DNA of 53,800 nt, from NCBI GenBank assembly GCA_013416795.1, contig RQSC01000022.1:50802-104601 (forward strand), in the 5' to 3' direction. The position numbers and the translations under genes were made by a program. The stretch is from Prasinococcaceae sp. CCMP 1430. Lineage: Eukaryota > Plantae > Prasinodermophyta. Positions 23,360-36,235 of this stretch are shown here, piece by piece (within the stretch, counting starts at the first letter, position 1; every line of letters starts with the position of its first letter). The notes under the pieces were generated by a model. The model searched no databases, was not told the DNA's origin, and saw nothing but the letters and a program-made list of their open reading frames with translations.

Positions 23360-23910
23360 CGCGCACACACACACACACACACGCACACACACACACACAT
23401 ACGCACACACACACACACACACGCACCTCGGCGACCGCCGGGTGCTCCACCGCCGTGGTGACGATGTGGTTTCTGGCGCCGTCGGCCTCGCGCATCGCCC
23501 TGCAGCCGCCTCTGATCGCCCAGTTGTTCGACTCGGTGCCGCCCGACGTGAAGGTCACGCTGGCGTCGGACGGAGGGGCGCCCAGCGCCGCGGACAGGCG
23601 CGCGCGGGCCGACTCCACCGCCGCCTGCGCAAGCGTGTGTGTGTGAGTGTGTGTGTGTGCGCGCGTGTGCGTGTGTGTGTGTGCGCGCGTGTGCGTGTGT
23701 GTGTGTGTGTGTGTTGTGTGTGTGTGTGTGCGTGTGTGTGTGTGTTGTGTGTGTGTGTTGTGTGTGAGTGTGTGTGTGTGTGTGTGTATGTGTGTGTGTG
23801 TGTGTGTGTGTAATGTTTTCACATGCGTGCGTGTTTACGCGGGTGCGCACGCGAGTCAGCACCAATCCATCGCGTGCGAGAGGTGCGCGCGTGTGCATGT
23901 GTGTGTGTGT

Positions 23911-23956
<46 letters not shown>

Positions 23957-23970
23957 GTGTGTGTGTGTGT

Positions 23971-24032
<62 letters not shown>

Positions 24033-24354
24033 TGTTTGCACATGCGTGTGTGTTTACGCGGGTGCGCACGCGAGTCAGCACCAATCCATCGCGCGCGAGA
24101 GGTGCGTGTGTGTGTGTGTGTGCGCGCGCGCAGCGCGTGCTCTTGCGCGCGCGTGGGCGCTCTCGCGCGCGTGCCTTCGCCTCGCGGCCGTAGGCGTGGC
24201 CGCTGCTCGGGTTGCCCCACACCGCGAAGAGGTACGGCGCCATCGCGCGCGACACCGCCGCGGCCACGGGCGTCGTCGCGTTGTAGTCCGCGTAGCTGCG
24301 AAGCATGCGGTCGCGAGTGTGTGTGTGTGCGTGCGAGTGTGCGCGTGGGAAGTG

Positions 24355-24388
<34 letters not shown>

Positions 24389-24689
24389 CGTGTGTGTGTG
24401 TGTGTGTGCGTGTGTGTGTGTGTGTGTGCGTGCGCGTGTGAGCGGGTGTGAGTCGGTACGCGCACGTGCCGTGCGAATGTGAGCACGTGCATGCGCATGC
24501 GTGTGCCTGTGCGCGTATGCGAGTGTGCGTGTGTGTATGATTGTGTGTGTGTGTGTCAGTGAGTGTGTGTGTGTGTGTGTGTGTGCTTGTGTGTGCCTGC
24601 GCGCACACGTACATGGGCGCGCCCGGCGCGAACGGCGACGCGTCGTCGCTCTCCGGCACCGCGGCTGCGCGCGCCGCCGGCGCGGCCAT
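21068..24689 (-). CDS. NifS/IscS-type (group I) cysteine desulfurase or selenocysteine lyase; 9 exons: 24689..24613, 24295..24175, 23624..23427, 23164..23039, 22870..22751, 22535..22394, 22123..21981, 21676..21533, 21277..21068
   Basis: The spliced product contains [56 protein letters not shown]-Lys [27 protein letters not shown], catalytic SSGSACH and RLSVGKYTT. Intron 2 uses a GC donor. Confidence 0.92.
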
Positions 24690-25130
24690 CGCTGTGCGCG
24701 CGCGCGCGCGCGGGCGCGCTTGTGTGCGGGCGCGCAGCATGCGTGCGGCGCGCTCGCGGTGTGGCGCAACGGGATGTGTGTATGCGTGTGCGCGCGTGTG
24801 TGCGTGTACCATCCGAATTTCCACCCCTCGAAAGCGTGTGTGCGCCATCGACGTGCCACACCCGCGCGCGCGCGCACACACACGCGCACGCACGCACGCA
24901 CGTGTGTGTGCGCGCGCGCGGGTGGCTAGGCATAGACACGTGCACGCGCGTGCGCACGCGAGTGTATACAGGCGCGTCAACACACAGATACATACGCAAA
25001 CGCTCTCACACACGCACGCACACGCACACACGCACACACACACACACACACTCTTACACACACACTCTTACACACACACACAAACACACACGCACACACA
25101 CACACGCACACACACACACGCGCGCGCGCT

Positions 25131-25649
25131 ATGGTGCTGCTCCGCCGCGTGGAGGTGCGCGCGTCGGGCGCGCACGGCCGTGGGGTGTTCGCGCTCGAGC
25201 GCATCGCGCGCGGCGAGTGCTGGTGGCGCTTCGACGAGGAGAGCTGCGACGCGTACACGCACGACGAGGTAAGCGGCGTGTGCGTGTGTGTGTGTGTGTG
25301 CGTGTGTGTGCGTATGTGTGTGCGTGAATTCGCGCGTGTTCATGTGTGTGTGTGTGTGTGTTTGTGTGTGTTTGTGTGTGCGTGCGTGTGCGTGTGTGTT
25401 ATGGTATGCGCGAGCGCACACGCGATTGGCCGCACACGCACGAGTAGGAATGCGCCACTGACGCTTTCTTGCCTACGCACATGCCTGCGTGCACACACTT
25501 ACTCACACACACGCGTGCGCGCGCATGCACACACGCGCGAACACAATCAGGCGTGGGCGCGTGCGACGTCGCTCGAGGCGGCCGCGCAGGGCGGCGACGG
25601 CGAGGCCGCCGAAGCGCTGCGAGATGTGCGTGGGCGCATGCGCGTGAGC

Positions 25650-25680
<31 letters not shown>

Positions 25681-26257
25681 CGTGTGTGCCTCGCGCTGAC
25701 GCGTGCGAGCCTACCTTCGCGGTAGATGTGCTGGTTCGGCTACTACGCGCCGACGGCGCGCGCGTGGGTCGTCGCACGAGACGGCGCGCAGTTCGTCAAC
25801 CACTGCGGAGAGGACGGTGTGAGCGCGCGCACGTGTGCGTGTGCGTGTGCGTGTGTATGTGTGTGTGAGTGTGTGGCGCGTGCCCACGCGCGCGTACACA
25901 CGCACGTTCATACGTATACGCACAGTCACGCTGACACAAGCATGTGTGTACCCCCCACACACGCGACCTCATCACACGCACACACATACACACACACACA
26001 CGCACACACACACGCACACACACACGCCCGCCCGCGCGGTCAGCCTCGAGGGCCAACTGGGGCGGCCAGCCCGCGGGCGTCTCCTTCGAGCGCGTGTGCG
26101 ACGAGGCGTGCTACGCCACGCGCGACATCGAGGCCGGCGAGGAGATACTCGAGGACTACGGGACGTACGGCCACGGCGAGTGGGAGGCCGCCTTCCTCAG
26201 GAGGTGCGCGCGTGTGTGTCTACGTGTGTTCGTGTGTGTGTGTGTGTGCGCGCGCGC

Positions 26258-26295
<38 letters not shown>

Positions 26296-26621
26296 TTACG
26301 TGTGTGCGTGTGCGTGCGCGCGTGTGTGCGCGTGCACGTGCACATATACCTATGTAGACTGTTGTGTACGTGTGCATTTGTTTGCGCGCCATTGCATGTG
26401 TGTGTGCGTGTGCGTGAGTGCGTGTGCGTCGGTTTCTGTAGCATGTGTGTGGGCGCGTTGTCGCGCGCGTGTGCGCGTGTTTCTGCGCTCACGCGACGCT
26501 CTCTCCCGCGCGCGCGCCGGCGCGCAGGTTCTGCCCCGAGCGGGCGGACTTCGAGGACACCGTCGAGAAGAAGGACGCGCTCGTGCAGATCGACGCCGGC
26601 GCGACGGCGGAGGAGGCGTAA
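25131..26621 (+). CDS. Small stand-alone SET-domain methyltransferase; join(25131..25268,25551..25625,25726..25816,26044..26203,26528..26621)
   Basis: [46 protein letters not shown]. Intron phases are consistent. Confidence 0.85.
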
Positions 26622-26892
26622 TACGACTGAGTCGGCGAGTGCTCGCGCGCGTTTGCGCGCCGGTGCGCGCCTGCGCTCGGGTGGTGTGCGTGTGTGTGTG
26701 TGTGCGTGTGTGCGTGTGTGCGTGTGCGTGTGTGTGTGTGTGAGCGTGTATATGTGCGTGTTTGTATGTGCGTGTGTGGTGGTGTTTGTGTTTCTAACCA
26801 TGTTCGTCAGTGTGTATGTGCGCACGCGTGTGCACTTGTGTGTGCGTGCTCGTGTGCACCTGTGTGCACATGCGTGTGTGTGTACGTGCATC

Positions 26893-27161
26893 TTACGATC
26901 CCATGCCGCCGATGTTCGAGCCGTCCGCCTTGACGACGCCCGGCACGCGTTCCCAGCCGGCGCTGGAGAACCTCCGCGGCGCGCGCGCCGGGAAGGTCTC
27001 CGAGTACGTAGTGCGCCCCGGCGCCAGCGACTCGTCCCTGACGATGACCGCGCCGCGCGAGCTCGCCCTCTCGGCGGAGGGACTCCGCGCGGCGGCGAGT
27101 TCCTGTGCGCAGGCGTGTGTGTTTGTGTGTGTGTGTTTGCGTGTGTGTGTGTGTGTGTGTG

Positions 27162-27211
<50 letters not shown>

Positions 27212-27224
27212 TGCGCGCGTGTGT

Positions 27225-27260
<36 letters not shown>

Positions 27261-28186
27261 GCGTGTGCGTGCGCGTCGGATTTTAGGATGCGTGCGTCTG
27301 TGTTAGTGCGTGCCTATACATGCATCTTGGCCGCATGCACCGACGCACGCGCGCAGATTTGTGCGTGCGGGTGCACATGCTTGTGTGTGTGTGCGTGTGT
27401 GTGTGTGTGTACGTGTCCGTGCGTGCGCGAGCACGTGCATAGTCAGTCGCACCTTGGGCGCGTAGTCGTCCACGTACGAAGTCGTCTTCGGGAAGGGCTC
27501 CTTGAACGCCATCGCGCCGCCCATCAGCGGCACGCTCGACGTGTACGTAGGCTTCGCCTGCCCCGCCGTTGCCTGCAAATTTTCATGTGTGTGTGTGTGT
27601 GCGTGCGTGTGCGTGTGCGTGTGAGTGCGCGAACGCACGCGCGCATGTGTGGTTAAACGCACAGCACACGCACACAGATGCACACACACGCGTGCGCCCG
27701 CGAGCGTGCGTCAGCTTGCAAAGACGCGCAGACACGCGCATGCGCACGGGCGTGAATACATGCACACGCGCACTACACGTACACGTATGCCCATGCGCGC
27801 ATACGTACGCGCATGCACACACACACACACGCGCGTGTACACACACACGTTCACACACACACACGTCCACACACGCACGTTTGCGTCCACGTGCGCGGGA
27901 AACTCGTCCTTGTACGCGCTCGACCCGCCGAAGGCCGCGCCGGGCTCGTACAGCGCCACTTTGGACCTGCGGCTGCGGAAGGGGTCGGAGGCGCCCGCCT
28001 TGCGCGCCGCCGCGATGGCGGCCGCCGTCTTGTCGCCGAAGTCGTCGCTGTACTGCGTGCCCTTGGCGAACTCGACCGGGAGGCGCGGGTTCTGTGTGTG
28101 TGTGTGTATGTGTGTGTGTGTGTGTATGTTCCACACGCACACACACACACACGCACACACACACACACACACGCACACACACACAC

Positions 28187-28234
<48 letters not shown>

Positions 28235-28654
28235 AAGGCATGGCACGTCGAGCGCGGCCGCGAGGAGGAGCGCGCAGGAGCAGACGCCCGCGGAGGCGCG
28301 CCCGGAGAATGCGGCCGAGCCGGGGCGGCGCTCGCGGGGAGGCATCCTCTGCTTGCGAGTGTCCATCCGAGGCGCGAGCAGCGACCGCGACCCGGGGCGG
28401 CGGACGTCGGCGCGGGCGAGGGCGCGAGGAGTGGCAGCGGCGGCGAGCCGTCACCCGACGCACTGGCAGGCGGGGCAACGCTGCCCGCAGCGCTCGCCCG
28501 GGGTGCCACCGGCACACGCCACACTTCGACACATCGAATGTGAGTCTTCGAGTCGTCGTCGCGAAAGATTTGATTTGTTCGACGCGGTCCCACAGACACA
28601 CGCGTGCACGGAGACGAATGGACACTGCACGCAGGCACATACGCACACACACAG

Positions 28655-28723
<69 letters not shown>

Positions 28724-28988
28724 CACATACACACACACACACACTGCGCACGCGCACACACACGTGTGCGCATACAGTTAGACGCCCACACAGCATGTCG
28801 TGCATAAGACCTCAGTTTCACTCTCCCGTGTGGGATGTAGACGTACGAATATGCGCATTGTCCACGCGCATCTCGGGGCGGTGCGGGTACGTCACGGCAT
28901 CAAAATCCAAGGGACGCGTTGGGTTCGCGCTCGGCAGCGCGGAATGAGTGGAGGGCCCACGTGTGGCGCGGCCTCCCAGGCGGAAGAG

Positions 28989-29048
<60 letters not shown>

Positions 29049-29075
29049 GTGTGTGTGCGTATGTGTGTGTGTGTG

Positions 29076-29117
<42 letters not shown>

Positions 29118-29500
29118 CGTGTGTGTGTGTGGCGCGCATACGCGTCAGCACGCGCGCATGCGCTGATGTTCGCGCGCGTACACCCGCGCGGACATGCCGA
29201 CGTCCGCTCCCTTCACACGTGCTCACCTTGTACACATTCGTATTTCTGAAGGCGGGGTGCGTGCGACCCAGCAGCTCGGCGGCGACGGGCTGCGCCTCGC
29301 CGGTGAGGTCGAGGAACTCGTGGTTGTAGCTCGACTCCTGCGAGGCGCACGCCAAGGTCAGCGCGTGCGCGTGTGCGCGCGTATGCGCATACGCACACAC
29401 ACACACACGCGCGAAGGTGCATGCCTTCACGCACACACACACGCGCACACACAGACACGCACACACACACCGTGTCACACACACACACACACACATACGC

Positions 29501-29538
<38 letters not shown>

Positions 29539-29582
29539 ACACAAGCACACACACGCAGGCACGCACGCACCTGCCCGGCCAT
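26893..29582 (-). CDS. SAXO/STOP-like microtubule inner protein (Mn-motif repeats); exons ~29582..29571, 29337..29227, 28091..27879, 27572..27453, 27102..26893; start uncertain
   Basis: Recurring (T/S)(S/T)Y..(D/E)(F/Y) motifs: SSYNHEF, TQYSDDF, SAYKDEF, TSYVDDY, TTYSETF. Phase-0 GT-AG junctions. Confidence 0.65.
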
Positions 29583-30135
29583 GCCGTCGGGGACGACGTC
29601 GGCATGCTTGAGGACGATGCTGTTGGCGCGGTGCCGCGGCACGGCCTCGGCGGCGGAGGGCGCGGGCGCACATAATTAAACGCGGTTAAACATGGAAGCC
29701 GTTCACGGTAAATTCCGCGCGCACGCGCGCGCTCGCGCGGGCGCGTGCGCGACGCGCATCGCGTGCGCGCTGTGTGCGCTCTGTGTGTGCGTGTGTGTGT
29801 GCGTGTGCGTGCGTGTGTGTGTGTGTGTGCGTGTGTGTGTGTGTGTGCGTGTGCGTGCGTGTGCGTGTGTGTGTGTGTGCGTGTGTGTGGGCGTGTGTGT
29901 GGCGCAGAGCGCGCGCGCGCGCGATCCGTTCCCGCGCGCAGACACGTACGTCCGTTTGTGCGCGCGCGCGCGTGCGTTCCAGCTTTCGTGTGTGTTTGCG
30001 TGCCAACGTGTGCGTGCGTGTGCCAGTGTGTGTGCGCGCCGCGCGTGTGTACACGCGTACACGCGCACACACGCACACACACACGTGTGTGTGTGTGTGT
30101 GTGTGTGTGCGTGCGTGGGCGTGGGCGCCCGGCCC

Positions 30136-30272
30136 ATGCGCGTGAAGAACCGCTACCTGGTGCTCGCGCTGCGCTGGCGCGGCGCGGCGCCGCCGGTGGG
30201 CACGCCGGCCTCGGCGGCGGCCGCCGACGCGGTGCGTGCGGGCGTAGCCGCGTGCGCGTGCGTGCGTGTGCC

Positions 30273-30318
<46 letters not shown>

Positions 30319-30387
30319 CGCGCGCGCGCGCGTGTGTGTGCATGCTGCTGACGCCGAAGCGCACGCATGCACACACTTACGTACACG

Positions 30388-30443
<56 letters not shown>

Positions 30444-30607
30444 CACGCGCGCACACACCACGCACACGCAGGCTGCGGCGCTCTCGCGCGCGCTCGCCGA
30501 CGCCGAGGGCGCCGACGCCGCGGCCGCGGCCGCGCGCGCGCTCTCCGTGCGCTACGCCAACGTGCACACGGGCACGCTCGTCGTGCGCGTCGAGGCGGAG
30601 TTCGAGG
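30136..30607 (+). CDS. POP5: RNase P/MRP subunit POP5/Rpp14-like, 5' half only; join(30136..30231,30472..~30607)
   Basis: [12 protein letters not shown] and [17 protein letters not shown] fit the family pattern K.RY....L.V.Y....TG..I.R. The C-terminal VSGTI motif was not found. Confidence 0.7.
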
Positions 30608-30843
30608 GTGCGGGCGCGGGCGCGCGCTGCGCGCGCGTGTGCGCGCGCGTGTTCGCGTGTGCGTGTACCTGCGTGCGCTCACGTTGTGTGTGTGTGTGTG
30701 TGTTGTTGCGTGTGTGTCTGTGTGTCTGTGCGCGTGTGCGTGTGTACACGCGCTGCTTCCACTCACACCCACACCCATGTCCGCCCCGTGCTCACACACA
30801 CACACACACACACACACGTACACACACACACACACACACACGT

Positions 30844-30935
<92 letters not shown>

Positions 30936-30987
30936 GCACACACGCTGACGCAGGCGCTCTCGCTCGCGCTTCGCCGCGTGCGCGCAG

Positions 30988-31213
30988 GTCGGCGGCGCGT
31001 ACCAGGCTAAGCCCGTCTGCCACTCGCCCCAGCGCGTGGGCGCCAAGGGCGCGGCGCGAAGCGGCGGCAAGGTGTGTCTGTGCGCGCTGGCCCGCGCGCT
31101 CGCACACACACACACGCGCGCGCATCCGCGAGCGCACGCACACGCACACGCGCATGCGCACGCTAACACAGACGCGCGTGCATACACGCACTTACGGACG
31201 CTCTCGCGCGCGT

Positions 31214-31269
<56 letters not shown>

Positions 31270-31272
31270 CGC

Positions 31273-31342
<70 letters not shown>

Positions 31343-31794
31343 TCACACACACACACACACACAAAAACGCACACACACACGCACGCACACGCACACACAC
31401 ACACACACGCACACACGCGCGCGCGCGCGCGCGCGCGCAGGTGGTCAAGCCCAACGTTGCCGTGGGCCACGAGATCGTGGAGCCCTCGTCGTCGGGCGCG
31501 GACGCGGCGCGCGCGCGCGTGGCGTCCATCCTGGCGGCGTACAAGGAGCGCCTCGCCGAGCGCACCGAGCTCCACCTCGGCTACCCGTACAACCTCGACT
31601 TCGACTTCGGCGAGCTCGCGGACCTGCAGGCGTACTCCATCAACAACCTGGGCGACCCGTGGATCGAGTCAAACTACGGCGTGCACGCGCGGGAGGTGCG
31701 CGCGCGCGGGCGGGCGCGGGCGGGCGCGGGCGCGGGCGCAAGCGCCTGCACGTGCGCGAACGCTGACACAAACGCACACACACACACGCACACG

Positions 31795-31893
<99 letters not shown>

Positions 31894-32345
31894 ACGCATA
31901 CACGCACACACACACACACACACACATGCGCGTGCCTTGCAGTTCGAGGTCGGCGTGCTTGACTGGTTCGCCCGCGTGTGGCGCATCCCCCGCGACGAGT
32001 ACTGGGGGTACGTGACCAACTGCGGCACGGAGGGCAACCTGCACGGCATCCTGGTGGGGCGGGAGGTCCTCCCCGACGGCGTGCTGTACAGCTCGAGGGA
32101 GACGCACTACTCGGTGCCCAAGGCGGCGAGGATGTACCGCATGGACTTCGAGGAGGTGAGGGGGGAGAGGCGGGGGGGGATAGGGCGCGTGTGAAGTGTG
32201 TGTGTGCGTTGATGTGCGTGTGTGTGTGTGTGTTCGGACGCGCACACGCGCGCGCAAACACACGTACACGCCGCACTCGCGCTCGCACGCGCTCACACGC
32301 GCGCGCGCACACGCGCACACGCACACACGCGCGCACGCGCACATC

Positions 32346-32386
<41 letters not shown>

Positions 32387-33092
32387 ACACGCATGCCACG
32401 CAGGTGGCCACGCAACACACGGGGGAGATCGACCTCGCCGACCTGCGGGAGCGGCTGCGGCGGAACGCGGACAGGCCCGCCATCGTCAACGTGAACATCG
32501 GCACAACGGTGAAGGGCGCCGTGGACGACCTCGACGGCGTGATCGCCGCCCTCAAGGTGCGCACGTGGCGCCATGGCGCGCGCGCTTGGGAGCACGTGCG
32601 CGTACTTGCACACACGAGAGCAGAAGCACACACACACGCACACACACGCACACACACACACAGACACAGACACACACTCGCACACACACACATGTGCTGA
32701 CCCTCCCACACTCGCGCGCCAACGCGCGCGCGCCCACGCACACAGGCCGAGGGCTTTGAGGAGGACAGGTTCTTCATCCACTGCGACGGCGCGCTGTTCG
32801 GCATGATGGCTCCCTTCGTGCACGCCGAGGGCAGCGAGCAGGCACCGCTGGTGTCGTTCGACAAGCCCATCTCGAGCGTGTCGGTGAGCGGGCACAAGTT
32901 CCTCGGCGCGCCGCTGCCGTGCGGGGTGGTGGTGACGCGCCTCAGGTGCGCCGGCGTCGCGCGCGCGCGGCCGCAGACACGCGCACACGCGCACGCGCGC
33001 GTGCGCGCGCGCACGTGCACGCATACACACTCATGCACTTTCATACGCACATGCATGCACGCAAAAACCTGACACACACACACACACATACG

Positions 33093-33126
<34 letters not shown>

Positions 33127-33743
33127 CACACACACACGCACAGGCACGTGGCGGCCCTGTCGAGCGACATCGAGTACCTCAACTCTCGCGACGCGACCAT
33201 CATGGGCTCGCGCAACGGCCACGCGGCGCTGTACATGTGGTACCAGCTGAGCAAGAAGGGCCTCGCGGGCATGCGCGCCGACGTCGAGCAGTGCATCGCC
33301 AACGCGCGGGCGCTGCTGGAGATGCTCCAGGCCGCGGGCGTGCCGTGCATGCTCAACGACCTCAGCTGCACGGTGGTCTTCGAGCGCCCGCGAGAGGGGG
33401 CGTTCATTCGCCGCTGGCAGGTGTGTGTGCGCGCGTGCGTGTGTGCGTGTGTGCGCGCGTGCGTGCACGCGGGCCAGTGCGTGAAACGTGTGTGCGATGG
33501 AACATGTGTGCGTGTATGTGCATGTGCGTGTGTGTACGTGTGCTCACGCCGCCATCGCACCTATCCCGATCCTCCGCGCTGCAGCTGGCGTGCGAGGGCG
33601 GCGTCGCGCACGTCGTCGTCATGCCCAGCGTGGGCGTGGACAAGCTGCGCAGCTTCGTCGACGAGCTCGTGGAGAGCAGGGCGCGCGCGGGCGCCGCCGA
33701 GGAGGGCGTCGTCGTGCCGGGCCTCGAGGCCGTCATGCTCTGA
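30988..33743 (+). CDS. SDC1: Serine decarboxylase (group II PLP decarboxylase, plant SDC1/HDC type); exons 30988..31071, 31441..31695, 31943..32155, 32404..32556, 32746..32945, 33144..33420, 33585..33743; start upstream (possibly ATG at 30777)
   Basis: [75 protein letters not shown]-Lys [26 protein letters not shown]...AHVVVMP. Confidence 0.93.
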
Positions 33744-33934
33744 GTGTGTCATTCTTAAATCTGTTGTTGTTATATGAACGCGGGAGCGTGTGTGTGTGTG
33801 TGTGTGTGTGTGCGTGCGTGCTTGTGCGACTGGCGACGAGCGCGTGCGTGTGCACTTGCGTGTGTGTGTGTGTGTGTGTGCGTGCGCGTGCATGCGCGTG
33901 TTGACTTGAATCCGATATCTGATGTTACATGCGC

Positions 33935-34732
33935 TCAGTCCGCCTCGGCGAGTTGCGCCCTCTCGAACTCGCGCTCGAGGTTGGCGCTGCTCTCGGCGTC
34001 CTCCCTCAGCGCCGCGTCCCAGTCGTCGAGGTCCGCGTCGAGGTCGAGCGCCACCTCGCCCGCGTCCGAGCCCGAGTCCGAGCCCGAGTCCGATTCGCCT
34101 TCCGAGGCCGCCGCGGCCGCCGCCCCCCCGCCCGCGGCGAGCTCGGCGAGGCGCTCCGCCGTGGGCGCCACGCCGTTGCGCTTCTTCTGCGCGGCGCGCA
34201 GATTCTCCAGGCGGCGGCGCGCGGCGTTGCCGGAGCCCGCGCGCGCGGCCTCGCGGCCGTCGTGCGAGTGCTTGGACGCCCCCGAGCTCTTGGGGTGGAT
34301 GCGGTACGACAGCGGCGGGCACCACGCCGCCGCGCCCTCCTCGCGCGCGCGCTCGTCCGCGCGCCGCTCCAGCTCGTCCGCGAGGGCGCGCAGGTCGTCC
34401 GTGCCCATGTCGCGCCTGCCGAGCACCTCCCGCAGGTCCGGGAAGACCATCAGCCAGTCCGCGAGCATGCGGAAGGCGTGCGACTTCACGCAGCCCATGG
34501 GCACCGGGTGGGCGTCCACCTCGTCCGCGTACTCGCGGAGCAGCGAGGGGGCGCGCGCCTGCGGCTCGGCGGCGCCCTCCGACGCGTCCGTGGGGCCCTC
34601 GAAGAGCGCCGGGTTCCACAGCAGGCACTCGGCGCTCATCACCGCGTCGGCGCCCGTCGCCTCCAGGCACGCCTGCGCGTCCTCGTAGCTGCCGACGTTG
34701 CCGTTGGCGATCACGGGCACCTGTGTGTGTGC

Positions 34733-34791
<59 letters not shown>

Positions 34792-34796
34792 TGTGT

Positions 34797-34858
<62 letters not shown>

Positions 34859-35280
34859 ACGCGTCTATGTGTGAGCGCCCATGCGCGTGTGTGCACGCGC
34901 GTGCGCGTGCGTGCGTGCGTGTGCGTGTGTGCGCTCGCCTTGCGCGCGCGCGCGCCCACCTTCACCGCGCGCTTCACCGCGGCGATCTGCTCCCAGTCCG
35001 CGCGGCCGAAGCGCGCGCCCTTGATCTCGCGCGTGCGGCCGTGCACGCAGAGCACCTGCGCGCCCGCCTCCTCGATCATCTTGGCGTACGCCACCGTGCG
35101 CTCCACCTCGGGGAAGACGCGGATCTTGGCGGTGACGGGCACGTCGAGCTCGCGGTGCGCCGCCTCCACCAGCGCGCGCACGCGCTCCAGGTCGTCCATC
35201 AGAAACGAGCCGTAGCTGCCGGCGGAGCGGGGGGGGAGAAGGGAGGGTCAGCGGTGGCGCGCGCGCGCGCACACACACAC

Positions 35281-35324
<44 letters not shown>

Positions 35325-35377
35325 NNNNNNNNNNNNNNNNNNNNNNNNNNNNNNNNNNNNNNNNNNNNNNNNNNNNN

Positions 35378-35448
<71 letters not shown>

Positions 35449-35848
35449 GCACACACACACACACACACACACGCGCGCGCGCGCACACGCATACACGCGC
35501 GCGCACACACACACACACGCTCTCGCGCGCGCCCTCACTTTCCGCGCTTGGCGATTCCCTGCGGGCAGCCGAGGTTGAGGTCCACCGCGTCGCAGAGGTG
35601 CTGCACGCGCTTGGCGGCGGCGACGAAGGTGTCGGGGTCGTTGGCGCAGAACTGCACGAAGAGCGGCCGGTCGGCGGCGCACGTCGAGAAGGTGCTCGCG
35701 CGGTACTTGGGGCGCGTGTCGAACATCTGCGCGTGGAGCATCGGGGTGTACGCCAGCTCGACGCCGTGGCGCCTGTGTGTGTGTTTTGTGTGTGTGCGTG
35801 TGTGTACGTGTTTTGTGAGTGTGTGTGTGTGTGTGTGCGTGTTTTGTG

Positions 35849-35910
<62 letters not shown>

Positions 35911-35911
35911 N

Positions 35912-36001
<90 letters not shown>

Positions 36002-36235
36002 CGCGCACGCGCGCGCGCGCGTAGGTGAGCTCGCTCACCTGGTGAGCATGCGGAAGGGCAGCTCGCTCTGGTCGACCATGGGGCTGCACACGAACTTGGG
36101 CGCGCCCATGGCCTCCCAGAGCTCCCACGACGTGAGCTTCTTCCTCTTCGGCGCGCCGGCCTCGGCGTCGGCGTCGGCGACGACGGGCGAGTCGGCGGTG
36201 AGGTCCTTGAGGTCGTCGGCGTCCAGGGCGCCCAT
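33935..36235 (-). CDS. DUS1: tRNA-dihydrouridine synthase 1-like; exons 36235..36039, 35772..35539, 35215..34960, 34720..33935
   Basis: [79 protein letters not shown] on the minus strand at 33929-33925. Confidence 0.93.

Noticed and set aside
19535-36038. Introner-element family as the origin of the introns
   Set aside because: Apart from simple repeats and the branch point, the introns share no alignable unique sequence.
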